A stretch of 64,000 nucleotides of DNA from Methanotrichaceae archaeon (GTDB lineage: Archaea; Halobacteriota; Methanosarcinia; Methanotrichales; Methanotrichaceae), in assembly GCA_963748825.1 (NCBI GenBank), contig CAVVKN010000025.1:28802-92801 (forward strand), written 5' to 3'. Position 1 is the first letter of the stretch; each line of letters opens with the position of its first letter. Made by a program: the position numbers and the translations under genes. Positions 17,214-26,817 of the stretch are shown piece by piece. The notes beneath the pieces are model-generated. The model worked only from the letters and a program-made list of their open reading frames with translations. It searched no databases and had not been told where the DNA came from.

Positions 17214-17897
17214 ATGATATACTACAAGTTGCTGCTCAGCATAACATTTATTGCCTTTTTCCTGGCACAAGCAGATGCCCAGCCAAGTGACCCGCTCAAT
17301 CCCAGCCAACTGGGTGAATCCATGTCCATGCCCTTGCCCCAAGAACTCATTCAAGAGGCCAAGATGGCAGGAGTGATAACAAAGTCCAATCCGCTTTATG
17401 AATCCGATGGCAAAAAGCCAGGTTTCTCAGTCGTGCCTCTGCGTGAAGCAGATGCTGATAATTCTCGGGATGATGTGAATGTAACCGGTGCCTGGTCCTT
17501 TGATCTTATGGGCAAAACCCCTGAGAAAATGAAACTGTATCTGATCCAGAACAAAGATGTGGTTGCGGGTCAGGGAGTCATAAATAGAGGAAATGAAACT
17601 GAAAAGGCCACAGCCAGCGGCTCAATATCAGGAGAGAATATGATCTTAAACGTAATGCCGGAGGGAGTGTCAAACCTGTACAAGCTCAATCTGTCATTAT
17701 CCTCACTGGCAGCAGGGACATATACAGCCTACATGGCCGATGGCAGCAGCCGGTCCGGCAAAGTCACATTCGCAGTCTTCGCGAATATTTTCAAGTCTGC
17801 AACGGTCGCTGAAGATGATCCTGGTGCAGATGCGAACCCGGCAGCAGCGACGCCCGCCTGGCTTTCGGGGACCGAAGGGGCCAAGCAAGAGCATTAG
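17214..17897 (+). CDS. Secreted hypothetical protein
   Basis: Signal peptide, beta-rich domain (VTGAWSFDL...). Confidence 0.7.
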   Translation: MIYYKLLLSITFIAFFLAQADAQPSDPLNPSQLGESMSMPLPQELIQEAKMAGVITKSNPLYESDGKKPGFSVVPLREADADNSRDDVNVTGAWSFDLMGKTPEKMKLYLIQNKDVVAGQGVINRGNETEKATASGSISGENMILNVMPEGVSNLYKLNLSLSSLAAGTYTAYMADGSSRSGKVTFAVFANIFKSATVAEDDPGADANPAAATPAWLSGTEGAKQEH

Positions 17898-18010
17898 CTC
17901 TGCCATATCCACCAGCATGCCATCCGGAGGCAGGTCGATGAGCGAAGAATTATCCAGCTCTGCATTTCCAGCTCGGTTGTGTGAATACACGGCGGCCTTC
18001 GCCAGGATCT

Positions 18011-18297
18011 CATTTGACAGTGGCCGCACCTTTGCCAACCTGGTGGAAAATCCCAATGCAGTGTTCATGATAATGGAGCCGTGAGCGGGAATCCTTGATT
18101 GGAAAGGAATCCGGGTTTATCTGAAGATGTTGGAGTTCGCCACCTCGGGGCCCAAGCTGGATGCCTACAAGAGCCAGATGGCCAAGATTATGGGCGAGCA
18201 GGCGGCAGGGATGATTGCCGTGCTAGCCACCTTCGAGGTAACGGAAGTCCGGCCGCTGATAGACTTTGGGCAGGACTGGAAGAAAGCGATCTGAAAA
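18011..18297 (+). pseudogene. Duplicated 3' two-thirds of the FMN-binding protein gene with a nonsense codon
   Basis: 287-bp diverged direct repeat of 16700-16986; GGA>TGA at 18082. Confidence 0.92.
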
Positions 18298-18389
18298 GTG
18301 AAGAGATGGATCGAGCGGGCGGCGCTCAGGCTGTGGGCCCGGTCTATTAACGAGCTGACTTGATCCATCTATCGGCGAGAGATGGCTTT

Positions 18390-18584
18390 ATGACGACAAT
18401 CAGGGTCATTGAATATCGCGATGTAGACTATGAAACTGCAAAAAAAGAAGTTGCAGGCTATTTCAAAATGAAGGACGAAGCTTATGCCTCAGATGCCAGC
18501 CTGGCCCTTGAGCTTGATTATGAGCTGGTATGCAAGATCATGGACGATCTGGAGAAGGAAGGCCAAATGGAGGCGGCACTGTGA
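18390..18584 (+). CDS. Small hypothetical protein (winged-helix-like)
   Basis: AKKEVAGYFK..AYASDASLALELDYELVCKIMDDLEKEG. Confidence 0.65.
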   Translation: MTTIRVIEYRDVDYETAKKEVAGYFKMKDEAYASDASLALELDYELVCKIMDDLEKEGQMEAAL

Positions 18585-18760
18585 AGGGGTTTGAGGTCGG
18601 CGACTCCCTACACGGTCACAGAATTATAGCCGAAGCCAGAAAAGTTAGCGATCCTGTAGTAATTGTCAAGAGCGGCAGGCACAAAGCGCAGAGGATAGTC
18701 CTGACAGAAAATGCCCTGGCGATAATTGATAGAAAAGGCCGATGGTGCGGCCAACCTTAA
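18581..18760 (+). CDS. Small hypothetical protein, coupled to the upstream gene
   Basis: GTGA start/stop overlap preceded by GGAGG; 59 aa. Confidence 0.4.
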   Translation: MKGFEVGDSLHGHRIIAEARKVSDPVVIVKSGRHKAQRIVLTENALAIIDRKGRWCGQP

Positions 18761-18784
18761 CAGAAATGGTTTAATTCTCTTTAG

Positions 18785-20224
18785 CTATCTCACCGCCCGC
18801 AGCTCCTCCAGCGCCCGATCGACCCGCTCCCTTCTTTCCGCCAGCCGCTCTTCTCCCGCTGCAATCCGTCCCAGCCTATCCTTGATCATGCGCACCGTCT
18901 CTGCTGGCGCTGGCCCGCCCGTATTGGCCCGCAGGGCAACATTGCTTTTCGGGTCAAGTGCCCTTTCCAGATCTTCTACAGAAAAGCCGCGCTCGCTGGC
19001 TCGATAGCCCGCTATCTCCAGGGAGATCTCGTCCAGCTCGGCCAGGCCCGGCCTCCTGCCCGAGGCGGCAATCCGGCCCACAATGCTGTGCGCCGTGCGA
19101 AAGGGCATGCCCGTGATGCGCACTAACGAGTCGGCGATCTCGGTCGCCGTGGAAAAGCCGGCGCCCGAACTTTTCTCCAATCGTTCCAGGTTGAATTTAA
19201 GAGAAGATACGCAGCCGTCCAGGATGCGCACCGTGCTTCTCGCCCAGTCCATTCCCCGCCACAGGTGAGGTGTGACCTCCTGCAGATCGCGATTGTAGCT
19301 TAGCGGCAGGCTCTTGCAAATTGAGAGCCCAGCCATGAGGCTTCCCAAGACCGAAGCCGTTTTGCCCCGGGCCAGCTCTGCCGTGTCCGGGTTCTTCTTC
19401 TGGGGCATGATGGAGCTGGTGGAGGCATAGAGGTTGTCCAGTTCCAGGTATCCGAACTCGGAGGTGGACCACAGCACCAGCTCCTCGGCCAGACGGCTGA
19501 GATTGACCATCAAAATAGAGAGGTCGGCCAAGACCTCCAGAACGAAATCACGAGTGGAAACTGCATCCATGCTGTTTTCCACCAGGCCGTCAAAGCCCAG
19601 CAGCCGGCTGGTTCTATTCCGGTCGATCTTAAAGCCAGTGGAGGCAAAGGCCGCCGCGCCCAGAGGGCTCTGGTTTACCCGCGAGTAGGCGTCCTCCAGT
19701 CGCGCCTGGTCCCGCCCGGCAGCATCGGCGTGGGCCAGTAGATGATGGGCCAGAGTGGTGGGCTGAGCGTGCTGGGTGTGAGTAAATCCAGGGATGATTG
19801 TCTCGGTGTGCTTCTCCGCCAGCCGGACAAGTGTTGTAATCAAGGAGAGCTGCTCTGCCATCAGATCCAGCATCTCGTCCCGCAAGGCCAGGCGAATGCA
19901 GGTGGCCACTTCATCGTTCCTGGAGCGGCCGGTGTGCATCCTGCCCCCTTCCGGGCCGACCTCTCCCAGGATGTGCGCCTCAATGGCCTCATGCACATCC
20001 TCACCTGCGCCCAACGACTGCGAGCCCGCTTGCATTAGATCGTCGAGAGCAGCCATGATCTTCGAGCAGACCTCGCTTGAGATCAGGCCCTGCTCCTTGA
20101 GCATAACCAGATGGGCTTTATCCACCAGCAGATCGGCTTCGAAGATGCGCTCATCTGCCTTTCGGCTGGAAAGGTAGTCCAAGACATCCTGCCGGCTCTC
20201 CCCCAGACGTTGATCGCGAAACAT
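18785..20224 (-). CDS. argH: Argininosuccinate lyase
   Basis: HTGRSRNDEV, PGFTHTQHAQP, STSSIMPQKKNPD. Confidence 0.97.
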   Translation of the reverse strand: MFRDQRLGESRQDVLDYLSSRKADERIFEADLLVDKAHLVMLKEQGLISSEVCSKIMAALDDLMQAGSQSLGAGEDVHEAIEAHILGEVGPEGGRMHTGRSRNDEVATCIRLALRDEMLDLMAEQLSLITTLVRLAEKHTETIIPGFTHTQHAQPTTLAHHLLAHADAAGRDQARLEDAYSRVNQSPLGAAAFASTGFKIDRNRTSRLLGFDGLVENSMDAVSTRDFVLEVLADLSILMVNLSRLAEELVLWSTSEFGYLELDNLYASTSSIMPQKKNPDTAELARGKTASVLGSLMAGLSICKSLPLSYNRDLQEVTPHLWRGMDWARSTVRILDGCVSSLKFNLERLEKSSGAGFSTATEIADSLVRITGMPFRTAHSIVGRIAASGRRPGLAELDEISLEIAGYRASERGFSVEDLERALDPKSNVALRANTGGPAPAETVRMIKDRLGRIAAGEERLAERRERVDRALEELRAVR

Positions 20225-20234
20225 ATCAGCTCAT

Positions 20235-21419
20235 TTAAGTTGTGTAGTTGGCATTTACATTCACATACTCGTGGGTAAGATCGCAGCCAAAGCCACGTGC
20301 GCTGGCATTACCAAGGGCGAGGTCAATATTGATGGTAATAGTATCCCCTTTCATGATCTCTTTAGCCCGGTCCAAAACACCATCCACAATGCGGCCCTTT
20401 TCTACCAGCGAGACCTTGAGGCTTGCTCCTTCTGGGCTCTTTCCCTCCAGGCCCAGTGTGATCTTTGTTGGATCCATCTCTGCACCCGAGTATCCCACGG
20501 CACAGATGATGCGGCCCCAGTTGGGATCGGCGCCGTAAACCGCCGTCTTGACCAGGCTGCTTCTGGCCACGGCCTTGGCAGCCAGGCGGGCGTCCGCCTC
20601 ATTGAGAGCTCCGCTGACCACCGTCTCAAAGTACTTGCTTGCGCCCTCGCCATCTCTGGCCATCATGCGGGCCAGCTCCATGCAGACGTACCGCAGGGCT
20701 TCGCGGAAATCCGCCTCCCCCCGGCCTTTGGCCTTTCCTGTAGACGTGAGAAGCACAGTGTCGTTGGTGCTGGTGTCTCCGTCCACGGTGAGCATATTGA
20801 AGCTGTCTTTCACGGCATCGGCCAGACAGTCGTGCAGCGTTTGCGCGGGGAAATCCGCGTCTGTGTAAAGGAAGCAGAGCATGGTAGCCATATTGGGCTC
20901 GATCATTCCCGCGCCCTTGACGATGCCGGCCACGCGCAGACCCTCATGCTCCACAGCGATCTCTTTTACGCGAGTGTCCGTGGTCATGATAGCCCGCTCT
21001 GCCTCTGTGCTCGCCTCGCCAACGCTACGTAGCCTCACTTTGGCCTGCTCGAAAAGGCTCTCGATTTTTGGCAAGTCCATGTAGCGGCCGATAACCCCGG
21101 TCGAGGCTACAGCGATCTTCTTTTCATCAGTTCCCAGAAAACCGGCCAAAAGTCGGGCCATGGCCCTTGCGTCCTCCAAGCCTCGCGGGCCGGTGTAAGC
21201 ATTGGCGCAGCCGCTGTTAGCGATGACGCCATCCAGATGGCCGCCAGCTGCGAGGTGCTCAGCCGTGACGTCCAGCGGCGCAGCTCTCACCTTGTTGGTG
21301 GTGAACATGCCCGCAGCAGCTCCAGAGGCGGCGATCAGTGCCAGGCCGTATTTTCCCTGGCGCACTCCAGAAGCTCGCACGCCTGGAACGGCACAGATAC
21401 CGCCTTCAACCCTCTGCAT
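20235..21419 (-). CDS. argJ: Ornithine acetyltransferase
   Basis: KGAGMIEPNMATML, VDGDTSTNDT, ARDGEGA, DPNWGRI. Confidence 0.97.
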   Translation of the reverse strand: MQRVEGGICAVPGVRASGVRQGKYGLALIAASGAAAGMFTTNKVRAAPLDVTAEHLAAGGHLDGVIANSGCANAYTGPRGLEDARAMARLLAGFLGTDEKKIAVASTGVIGRYMDLPKIESLFEQAKVRLRSVGEASTEAERAIMTTDTRVKEIAVEHEGLRVAGIVKGAGMIEPNMATMLCFLYTDADFPAQTLHDCLADAVKDSFNMLTVDGDTSTNDTVLLTSTGKAKGRGEADFREALRYVCMELARMMARDGEGASKYFETVVSGALNEADARLAAKAVARSSLVKTAVYGADPNWGRIICAVGYSGAEMDPTKITLGLEGKSPEGASLKVSLVEKGRIVDGVLDRAKEIMKGDTITINIDLALGNASARGFGCDLTHEYVNVNANYTT

Positions 21420-21885
21420 GCTGCATCCCCAGGCCGGATATGATATCGCCCCTGGTTACTATGCCCACCAGCCTTCCGTCCTCCACCACCGGCAGTCGGT
21501 TTATGCGGTGGCGGGTCATGATGCTTGCTGCCTCCTCCACTGAGTCATCCGGTCCCACATCATGCAGGTTCAGGCTCATGATATTGCCAACCTTCTTCTT
21601 TGGAATCTCCTCCAGGCTGGCATGCATCCTTTCCCACTTCACCAGATCACGGAATGGAATCTCGAAGACCTCGAAGGGGCTGGGAAGCCAGAGACCGCCT
21701 TCCTTCTCTTCCACTGATAAAAGGCGCAAGAGGTCCGATTCCGATACAACCCCCACCAGCTTCTCTCCATCCAGGACCGGCATGCCGCTAATCTTATTCT
21801 CGCGCAGGAGGCGGGCCGCCTCGCTTACAAGAGCCTCTGCCTGGACTGTGACAGGCTTGACGTTCATAACATCTCTGACTTTCAT
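21406..21885 (-). CDS. CBS-domain protein
   Basis: Two CBS repeats (ISGMPVLD..VGVVSESD; INRLPVVE..VGIVTRGD). Confidence 0.93.
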   Translation of the reverse strand: MKVRDVMNVKPVTVQAEALVSEAARLLRENKISGMPVLDGEKLVGVVSESDLLRLLSVEEKEGGLWLPSPFEVFEIPFRDLVKWERMHASLEEIPKKKVGNIMSLNLHDVGPDDSVEEAASIMTRHRINRLPVVEDGRLVGIVTRGDIISGLGMQHAEG

Positions 21886-21913
21886 TTATTTCCACCTATT
21901 TTCACATATTAAT

Positions 21914-22939
21914 TCAGGGCGCCATGCCTGCGAACCACAGGCCCGCCTTCTCATCGAAACCTGCCATGAGGTTCATGTTCTGAATGGCCTGGCCGGACGC
22001 TCCCTTCACCAGGTTATCTATGGCTGATATGACCACCAGTCGATCGCTATCCTTCTCCGGCTCAAAGCTTATGTCGCAGAAGTTGGAGCCTCGCACCGAG
22101 GACAGCTTGGGAATGCCGTCCGCCATGCGAACAAAGGGGGCGTTCTTGTAGAACTCGCGATAGATCGAGGCTACCTGGTTCTTATCCTGCAGCGTCTCGA
22201 TGGCGTCGGGGCGGGCGAAGACATGCGCTGTGGTGAGGATGCCCCGCACGGAGGGGATGACATGGGGAGTGAAGTTCACCTTTATGCCTGGCGAGAGGCG
22301 GGAGAGCTCCTGCTTGATCTCCGGGACGTGCCGGTGCGTTGTGAGCTTGTAGGGGATGACATTTTGCGACATATTGGGATAGTGGCTGGTCTCGGTCGGC
22401 TCCACTCCTGCGCCGGAGATGCCCGACTTGGAATCATAGACCACACGCTCCACCAGACCGGCTTTGGCCAGCGGAGCCACGGCCAGTGTAGCTCCCGTGG
22501 GATAGCAACCGGGATTGCCCACAAGTTTGGCCCGCGCCACTTCGGGATGAAGCTCAGTCAGGCCGAAGACCGCTTCACGGGGAGCGCGGTGCTTGGTGCC
22601 ATAAGTCTTCTCGAAGACATCCGTGGGCAGGCGGTAGTCGGAAGACAGGTCGATGACCCGCGTGCCGGAGTCTAATAGCTCGGGCACCCAGTCCATGGCT
22701 GTGCCATGGGGAACGGCGGTAAATACAATATCGCAGCGCTCGGCAGCCTCTTTGGCATTGAGCGCCTCAAAGTTGAGAGAATAAATGCTCTTTAAATGAG
22801 GATGAACGGTTGTTACGCTCTTTCCCGCCAGCTTTCTGGAGGTGACGGCAACTACCTTGACATCGGGATGATTTGCAAGGAGGCGCAAGAGCTCCCCACC
22901 GGTGTAGCCCGAACCACCGACAATTCCTACATCTATCAT
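21914..22939 (-). CDS. argC: N-acetyl-gamma-glutamyl-phosphate reductase
   Basis: VGGSGYTGGEL, GNPGCYPT, SGISGAG, IDNLVKGASGQA. Confidence 0.97.
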   Translation of the reverse strand: MIDVGIVGGSGYTGGELLRLLANHPDVKVVAVTSRKLAGKSVTTVHPHLKSIYSLNFEALNAKEAAERCDIVFTAVPHGTAMDWVPELLDSGTRVIDLSSDYRLPTDVFEKTYGTKHRAPREAVFGLTELHPEVARAKLVGNPGCYPTGATLAVAPLAKAGLVERVVYDSKSGISGAGVEPTETSHYPNMSQNVIPYKLTTHRHVPEIKQELSRLSPGIKVNFTPHVIPSVRGILTTAHVFARPDAIETLQDKNQVASIYREFYKNAPFVRMADGIPKLSSVRGSNFCDISFEPEKDSDRLVVISAIDNLVKGASGQAIQNMNLMAGFDEKAGLWFAGMAP

Positions 22940-22978
22940 AAAATCCCTCACGAGCTAATGATATAAATTCGCCACGCC

Positions 22979-23926
22979 CTAGCGGCAAAAGGAGGCGGAA
23001 AGCTCTGAGAGGCCACGTGCGGCATCCTCAATTCTCTCCCTTCCTTCCAGGGCGGCCAGCCAGCTCTGCGGGATCCAGGATGAGCCTAGGGCCGCGCCGA
23101 AGAGGGAGCCGGCGATGGAGGCAATGGAGTCGGTATCGCCCCCGCTGCTGGCGGCCATGATGAGCGCCTCCTGCGGCTCAAACTTCAGGAAGCAGTAGAA
23201 TGCGGCGGGAACGGTCTCCGAGGCTAGTGGGGAATTTCTGATCACGCCCAGGGCGTCCTCAGGCTGCAGGTCTAAGAGTGTGCCAACCCAGAGAAGCCTT
23301 TCCGCAAAATATGCATCCAGGCGGCTGGCCTGGGAGGCGGCGTTCCTCAAGATCATCTCCTTGGAAAAGCCGTTCACGGAGAGAGCAACACCTACAGCGA
23401 CGGCCACGGCTGCGGCCCGGGCGGTGGCAGAGGTATGGGTGGGCAGGCTCTGCAAATCGGCATAGCTCTTCACGATGTTCAAATCGAAGTTGTAGAGAAG
23501 GCCGATGGGAGCCGCCCGCATGGCCGAGCCGCATGTGGGAATGGCCAGGCCCGACTGCTGCCACGCTGTTCCGGCGATCATGTTCTCTACGGCGCAGCGT
23601 GTGGCAAAGCCCACCCCACGGTTGAGCCTCTCGTCGAGCGTCCAGGCAGCTCCCCAGGCGGTGAGCTTTTCTGCAAATCGGTCTGCGGAAAAACCGGAAG
23701 TCTCGATGAGCGACTCGGCCAAAAGCAGCGTCTCCTCAGTGTCATCGGTGAACTGGCCGGCAGAAAGGCCGCTGTGAAAGTGGCCCTCGGGAGCGGGCAT
23801 CATCTCACGAACCAGGCCGAATTTAGAGCCAATCTCCCGGGCAGTGTAGCCCTCCGTGGGCATTCCCAGAGCATCGCCCACGGCTACGCCCAAGAGACAG
23901 CCGCGGAAACGGTCCAATAAATCCAT
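22979..23926 (-). CDS. ADP-ribosylglycohydrolase (DraG/ARH family)
   Basis: GVAVGDALG, FTDDTE, GSAMRAAP, GGDTDSIASIAG. Confidence 0.93.
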   Translation of the reverse strand: MDLLDRFRGCLLGVAVGDALGMPTEGYTAREIGSKFGLVREMMPAPEGHFHSGLSAGQFTDDTEETLLLAESLIETSGFSADRFAEKLTAWGAAWTLDERLNRGVGFATRCAVENMIAGTAWQQSGLAIPTCGSAMRAAPIGLLYNFDLNIVKSYADLQSLPTHTSATARAAAVAVAVGVALSVNGFSKEMILRNAASQASRLDAYFAERLLWVGTLLDLQPEDALGVIRNSPLASETVPAAFYCFLKFEPQEALIMAASSGGDTDSIASIAGSLFGAALGSSWIPQSWLAALEGRERIEDAARGLSELSASFCR

Positions 23927-24025
23927 GGGCTGAAATGATTATGGCATGGGACTAATAACCATCGGAATAGCACTTCCTGGAACCGGCCAAAGGATTATTG
24001 CTGCTCAATCCCCACTAAGACTCTC

Positions 24026-24648
24026 GTGGACTCTCACCTCAATTCTCACCTTAAGGCCTGGGATAAAGATTACGCGAGCCGTGGCCGCCTCTGGGGGGGC
24101 GCCGTTATGGATCTGCCCCTCCTGCCGAAGGCTCGTCTGTCCTGGAGCTGGGCTGCGGCGACGGCAAAACTCTGTCGGGCATGCCCGGCGGCTGGAAGAT
24201 CGTCGCCCTGGACATCTCGCAGAAGGCCCTTCAATTTAGTCGCAGGCTGCTTCCTGATGTCGAACTTGTCTTGGCCGACGCCTGCCGCCTGCCCCTGCAA
24301 AGTGCCAGCTTCGATGCAGTCTTCGCTTTCCATGTGACCGGGCACCTGCTTGTAGAGGGCCGCAGAGCCCTTGCCCGTGAGGCGGCGCGTGTGCTCGTGC
24401 GCGGGGGAAGGCTCTTTTTCCGGGAGTTCGGGACGGATGACATGCGGGCGGGCCTGGGCGAGGAAGTGGAGGCCAAGACATTTCGAAGGGGCACGGGCAT
24501 CCTCACCCACTACTTCACCGAAAGCGAGGTGGCAGGCATCTTTTGCGAGCTTGAGCCGGCCACTATCGGCACGCATCGCTGGAAGCTGCGCGTAAAAGGC
24601 CAGGATTTGCAGCGCTCTGAGGTGGAGGCGGTATTCATCAAGAGCTAG
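24026..24648 (+). pseudogene. Class I SAM methyltransferase split by a 1-bp frameshift near 24127
   Basis: AWDKDYASRGRLWGG..LP / (E)GSSVLELGCGDGKTLSGMPGGWKIVALDIS; may be a sequencing error. Confidence 0.8.
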
Positions 24649-24780
24649 TTGTAGTAATAGTGAATCATAATTTTCTAGTTATTGCAATTATGCAGCTCAT
24701 AAATTTGCAGGAATTAATTAAATTATGCATTTCTTTTTATTATCTTTGAAATTGCCTCTAGTATATAGAATACCATAAGG

Positions 24781-24872
24781 TTTATATCTTTCTTCGTATA
24801 AATCGTCGATTGCCGTTAGGAGCGGCAAATTAGGTGCTGAAGCCTCTCGCAAATAGTGTTCTTCTCAGCACC
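24781..24872 (+). promoter_or_regulatory. TATA box followed by a structured 5' leader (two hairpins)
   Basis: TTTATAT at 24781; TTGCCG/CGGCAA at 24810-24828; GGTGCTGA/TCAGCACC at 24833-24872. Confidence 0.45.
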
Positions 24873-24890
24873 GATGTGTTAGGTGGTTTG

Positions 24891-25013
24891 ATGAAACGAG
24901 AACGTAATTTAGCGGGAGCTAGGCAAGTTAATACAGATCCTCCTGGAATTGTTGTAAGAAGTGATTTTTTTTGCTATGGCTATGACGGGCCACAGTCTTA
25001 CATAGGCATATAA
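24891..25013 (+). CDS. Putative 40-aa small protein (below the ORF-track cutoff)
   Basis: AGGTGGT RBS-like sequence, ATG..TAA, MKRERNLAGARQVNTDPPGIVVRSDFFCYGYDGPQSYIGI, followed by the GAGGTGA RBS of the next gene. Confidence 0.45.
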   Translation: MKRERNLAGARQVNTDPPGIVVRSDFFCYGYDGPQSYIGI

Positions 25014-25032
25014 GTTTAGAGGTGATAATAAG

Positions 25033-25536
25033 ATGTCTGGTTTTATGATGGTTGGGTGCATACTTTCCGATGAACTCCTGGGCCTCACAGAATACTATGA
25101 TGCCGTTCTTAGCAGAACAGGACTTGTAAAAAAAGAGAGCGAGTTTCGGACCAATAAACTCAGCATGATATTAGATTTTATAAGAACTATTTGCATTCCA
25201 GAAAATCCTAAAAAAGAATTAACATCGGCTATCATCGAAGCCTGGCGGCTCCAGGTTCCGGAGAGGACCTTAATACAAAGAGAGGAAGAACTGAGACGAG
25301 TTATGGACAGTATATGCAGCATAAAAAACGTGGCAAAATGGATTGAAAGGCGCAAAGATCCAATGAATGGATCACAACTGAATTTTAGAGTCTTATCGGA
25401 TCTTCCAATAGCACCATCCGACTTTCGATCTGAAGACGTTCCAAAGATTTATGATCTACTCAGCCAAATCATGGATTATTGCATGTCCATAACTGAGAGC
25501 AATCTATGCCTCAGCCCTGAGGCCAGCCCCTCCTAA
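25033..25536 (+). CDS. Hypothetical helical protein
   Basis: GAGGTGA RBS, 167 aa. Confidence 0.65.
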   Translation: MSGFMMVGCILSDELLGLTEYYDAVLSRTGLVKKESEFRTNKLSMILDFIRTICIPENPKKELTSAIIEAWRLQVPERTLIQREEELRRVMDSICSIKNVAKWIERRKDPMNGSQLNFRVLSDLPIAPSDFRSEDVPKIYDLLSQIMDYCMSITESNLCLSPEASPS

Positions 25537-25633
25537 TCTCTAATATTTTGGCGCCTGCAAGCTTGGAAGTAATCTGGCATCAGTAATTTTAATTTTTATA
25601 TATCCATAGATTTTTTGCTAATAATATACATAT

Positions 25634-26002
25634 CTAGCTCTTTAGATTTACAGTAACATCTCCAATTAGCTTCTCACCATCCCTGTAGGCATCGATTAGC
25701 TTTTCAATTGTCATATCATCTTGATTTTCGTACCTAATTTTTGCCTCGTTTAATACCCTCCAAGCATTTCGCATGCTATTCGACTTTGTTCCTAAGTTGA
25801 AAGACGTCATTATGCCAACAGAGATCGCTGCGCCCCAGGCAATCCATGGAGTTAAGGAAGTCTTTTCCCCAATTGTAGAGGCAACAGTTATTGTCAGTAT
25901 TACAGCTATCAAACCCAAGGATATATGCAAAAACCTAAGTATGCCGGCACTTCGATACCAGACATTAACCGCTTCCTTGATTTCATCAGGTACTTCTCTC
26001 AT
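25634..26002 (-). CDS. Two-TM SLATT/DUF4231-like membrane protein
   Basis: Two TM helices, then WRVLNEAKIRYE; GGAGG RBS. Confidence 0.6.
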   Translation of the reverse strand: MREVPDEIKEAVNVWYRSAGILRFLHISLGLIAVILTITVASTIGEKTSLTPWIAWGAAISVGIMTSFNLGTKSNSMRNAWRVLNEAKIRYENQDDMTIEKLIDAYRDGEKLIGDVTVNLKS

Positions 26003-26113
26003 ATTGTTACTCCCTCCGTGTACCTAGTATCTGTATCAAATTTGAAATAAATCTTGCTATTGTTTAGGTCGAGGCCTCCTTGCTCTCGGGATTTTCGGGC
26101 CGTTTATTCATAG

Positions 26114-26163
26114 GGCAAAGACTTATGCGCGCCGAGGTGGAGGCGGTCTTCCTCAAGAGCTGA
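26114..26163 (+). repeat. Diverged duplicate of the methyltransferase 3' end (24598-24648)
   Basis: GAGGTGGAGGCGGTCTTCCTCAAGAGCTGA vs GAGGTGGAGGCGGTATTCATCAAGAGCTAG. Confidence 0.85.
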
Positions 26164-26629
26164 TGTCAGGAAACTGGAATTGGTCGGGCATGAAGTTGGT
26201 GGCATCGGCCTTGTAGAGGTCCAGCTCCAGGATGGTATACTCGATCTCCTCTCCTACGTCCTTTGTCTCGAAGATCATGGGGGTATTGTAGCGGTAATAG
26301 CCATAGACTTTGTCAAACTTCCCTTCCCCTGCATTCCAACCGTCTCCTATGGTGAAGTAAAGACCGTATTCGCCATCCTCAATGCCGTCCACTTCTAGCG
26401 CGTCCTTGGCGCGCAGGTAGACGGCAAGCTTCGGCTTCACCTTCTTGTCGGTAAGCACGGCCACCGTGTCCATGGTCCAGTTGTTGTAGATAACCAGCAG
26501 GCCATATCCGTCCCGGTGCATGTCGCGGATGTAGGTGCCGGTTTCGGGGCGGTCGGCTGGCTTTGCCTGCGTACTTGAAACGCCAAATAATAATATAAGA
26601 ATTATGAGACACATTGTTTTTTGGCGCAT
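26153..26629 (-). CDS. Secreted hypothetical protein
   Basis: Signal peptide; GYGLLVIYN..DGEYGLYFTIGDGWN. Confidence 0.75.
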   Translation of the reverse strand: MRQKTMCLIILILLFGVSSTQAKPADRPETGTYIRDMHRDGYGLLVIYNNWTMDTVAVLTDKKVKPKLAVYLRAKDALEVDGIEDGEYGLYFTIGDGWNAGEGKFDKVYGYYRYNTPMIFETKDVGEEIEYTILELDLYKADATNFMPDQFQFPDISS

Positions 26630-26817
26630 GAAATCCCTTCTTAAGCCGTTGATATACTTCCTGGTATTTATCTCTTTGATCACTTCCTCCGGCGATCTCC
26701 GACAGCTACGCCCGCTCGCACCCGCTCCCAGGCCAGCGCATGTGCACCCGCGAGAGATTCTTTAGCTTTTTTCGAAACAAGGATTCTAGCCACGATTCGG
26801 TACTTTCAATTTCAATG

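Noticed and set aside
18082-18084. In-frame TGA as possible selenocysteine or readthrough
   Set aside because: It replaces a Gly codon in a 5'-truncated duplicate, so it is simple pseudogene decay.
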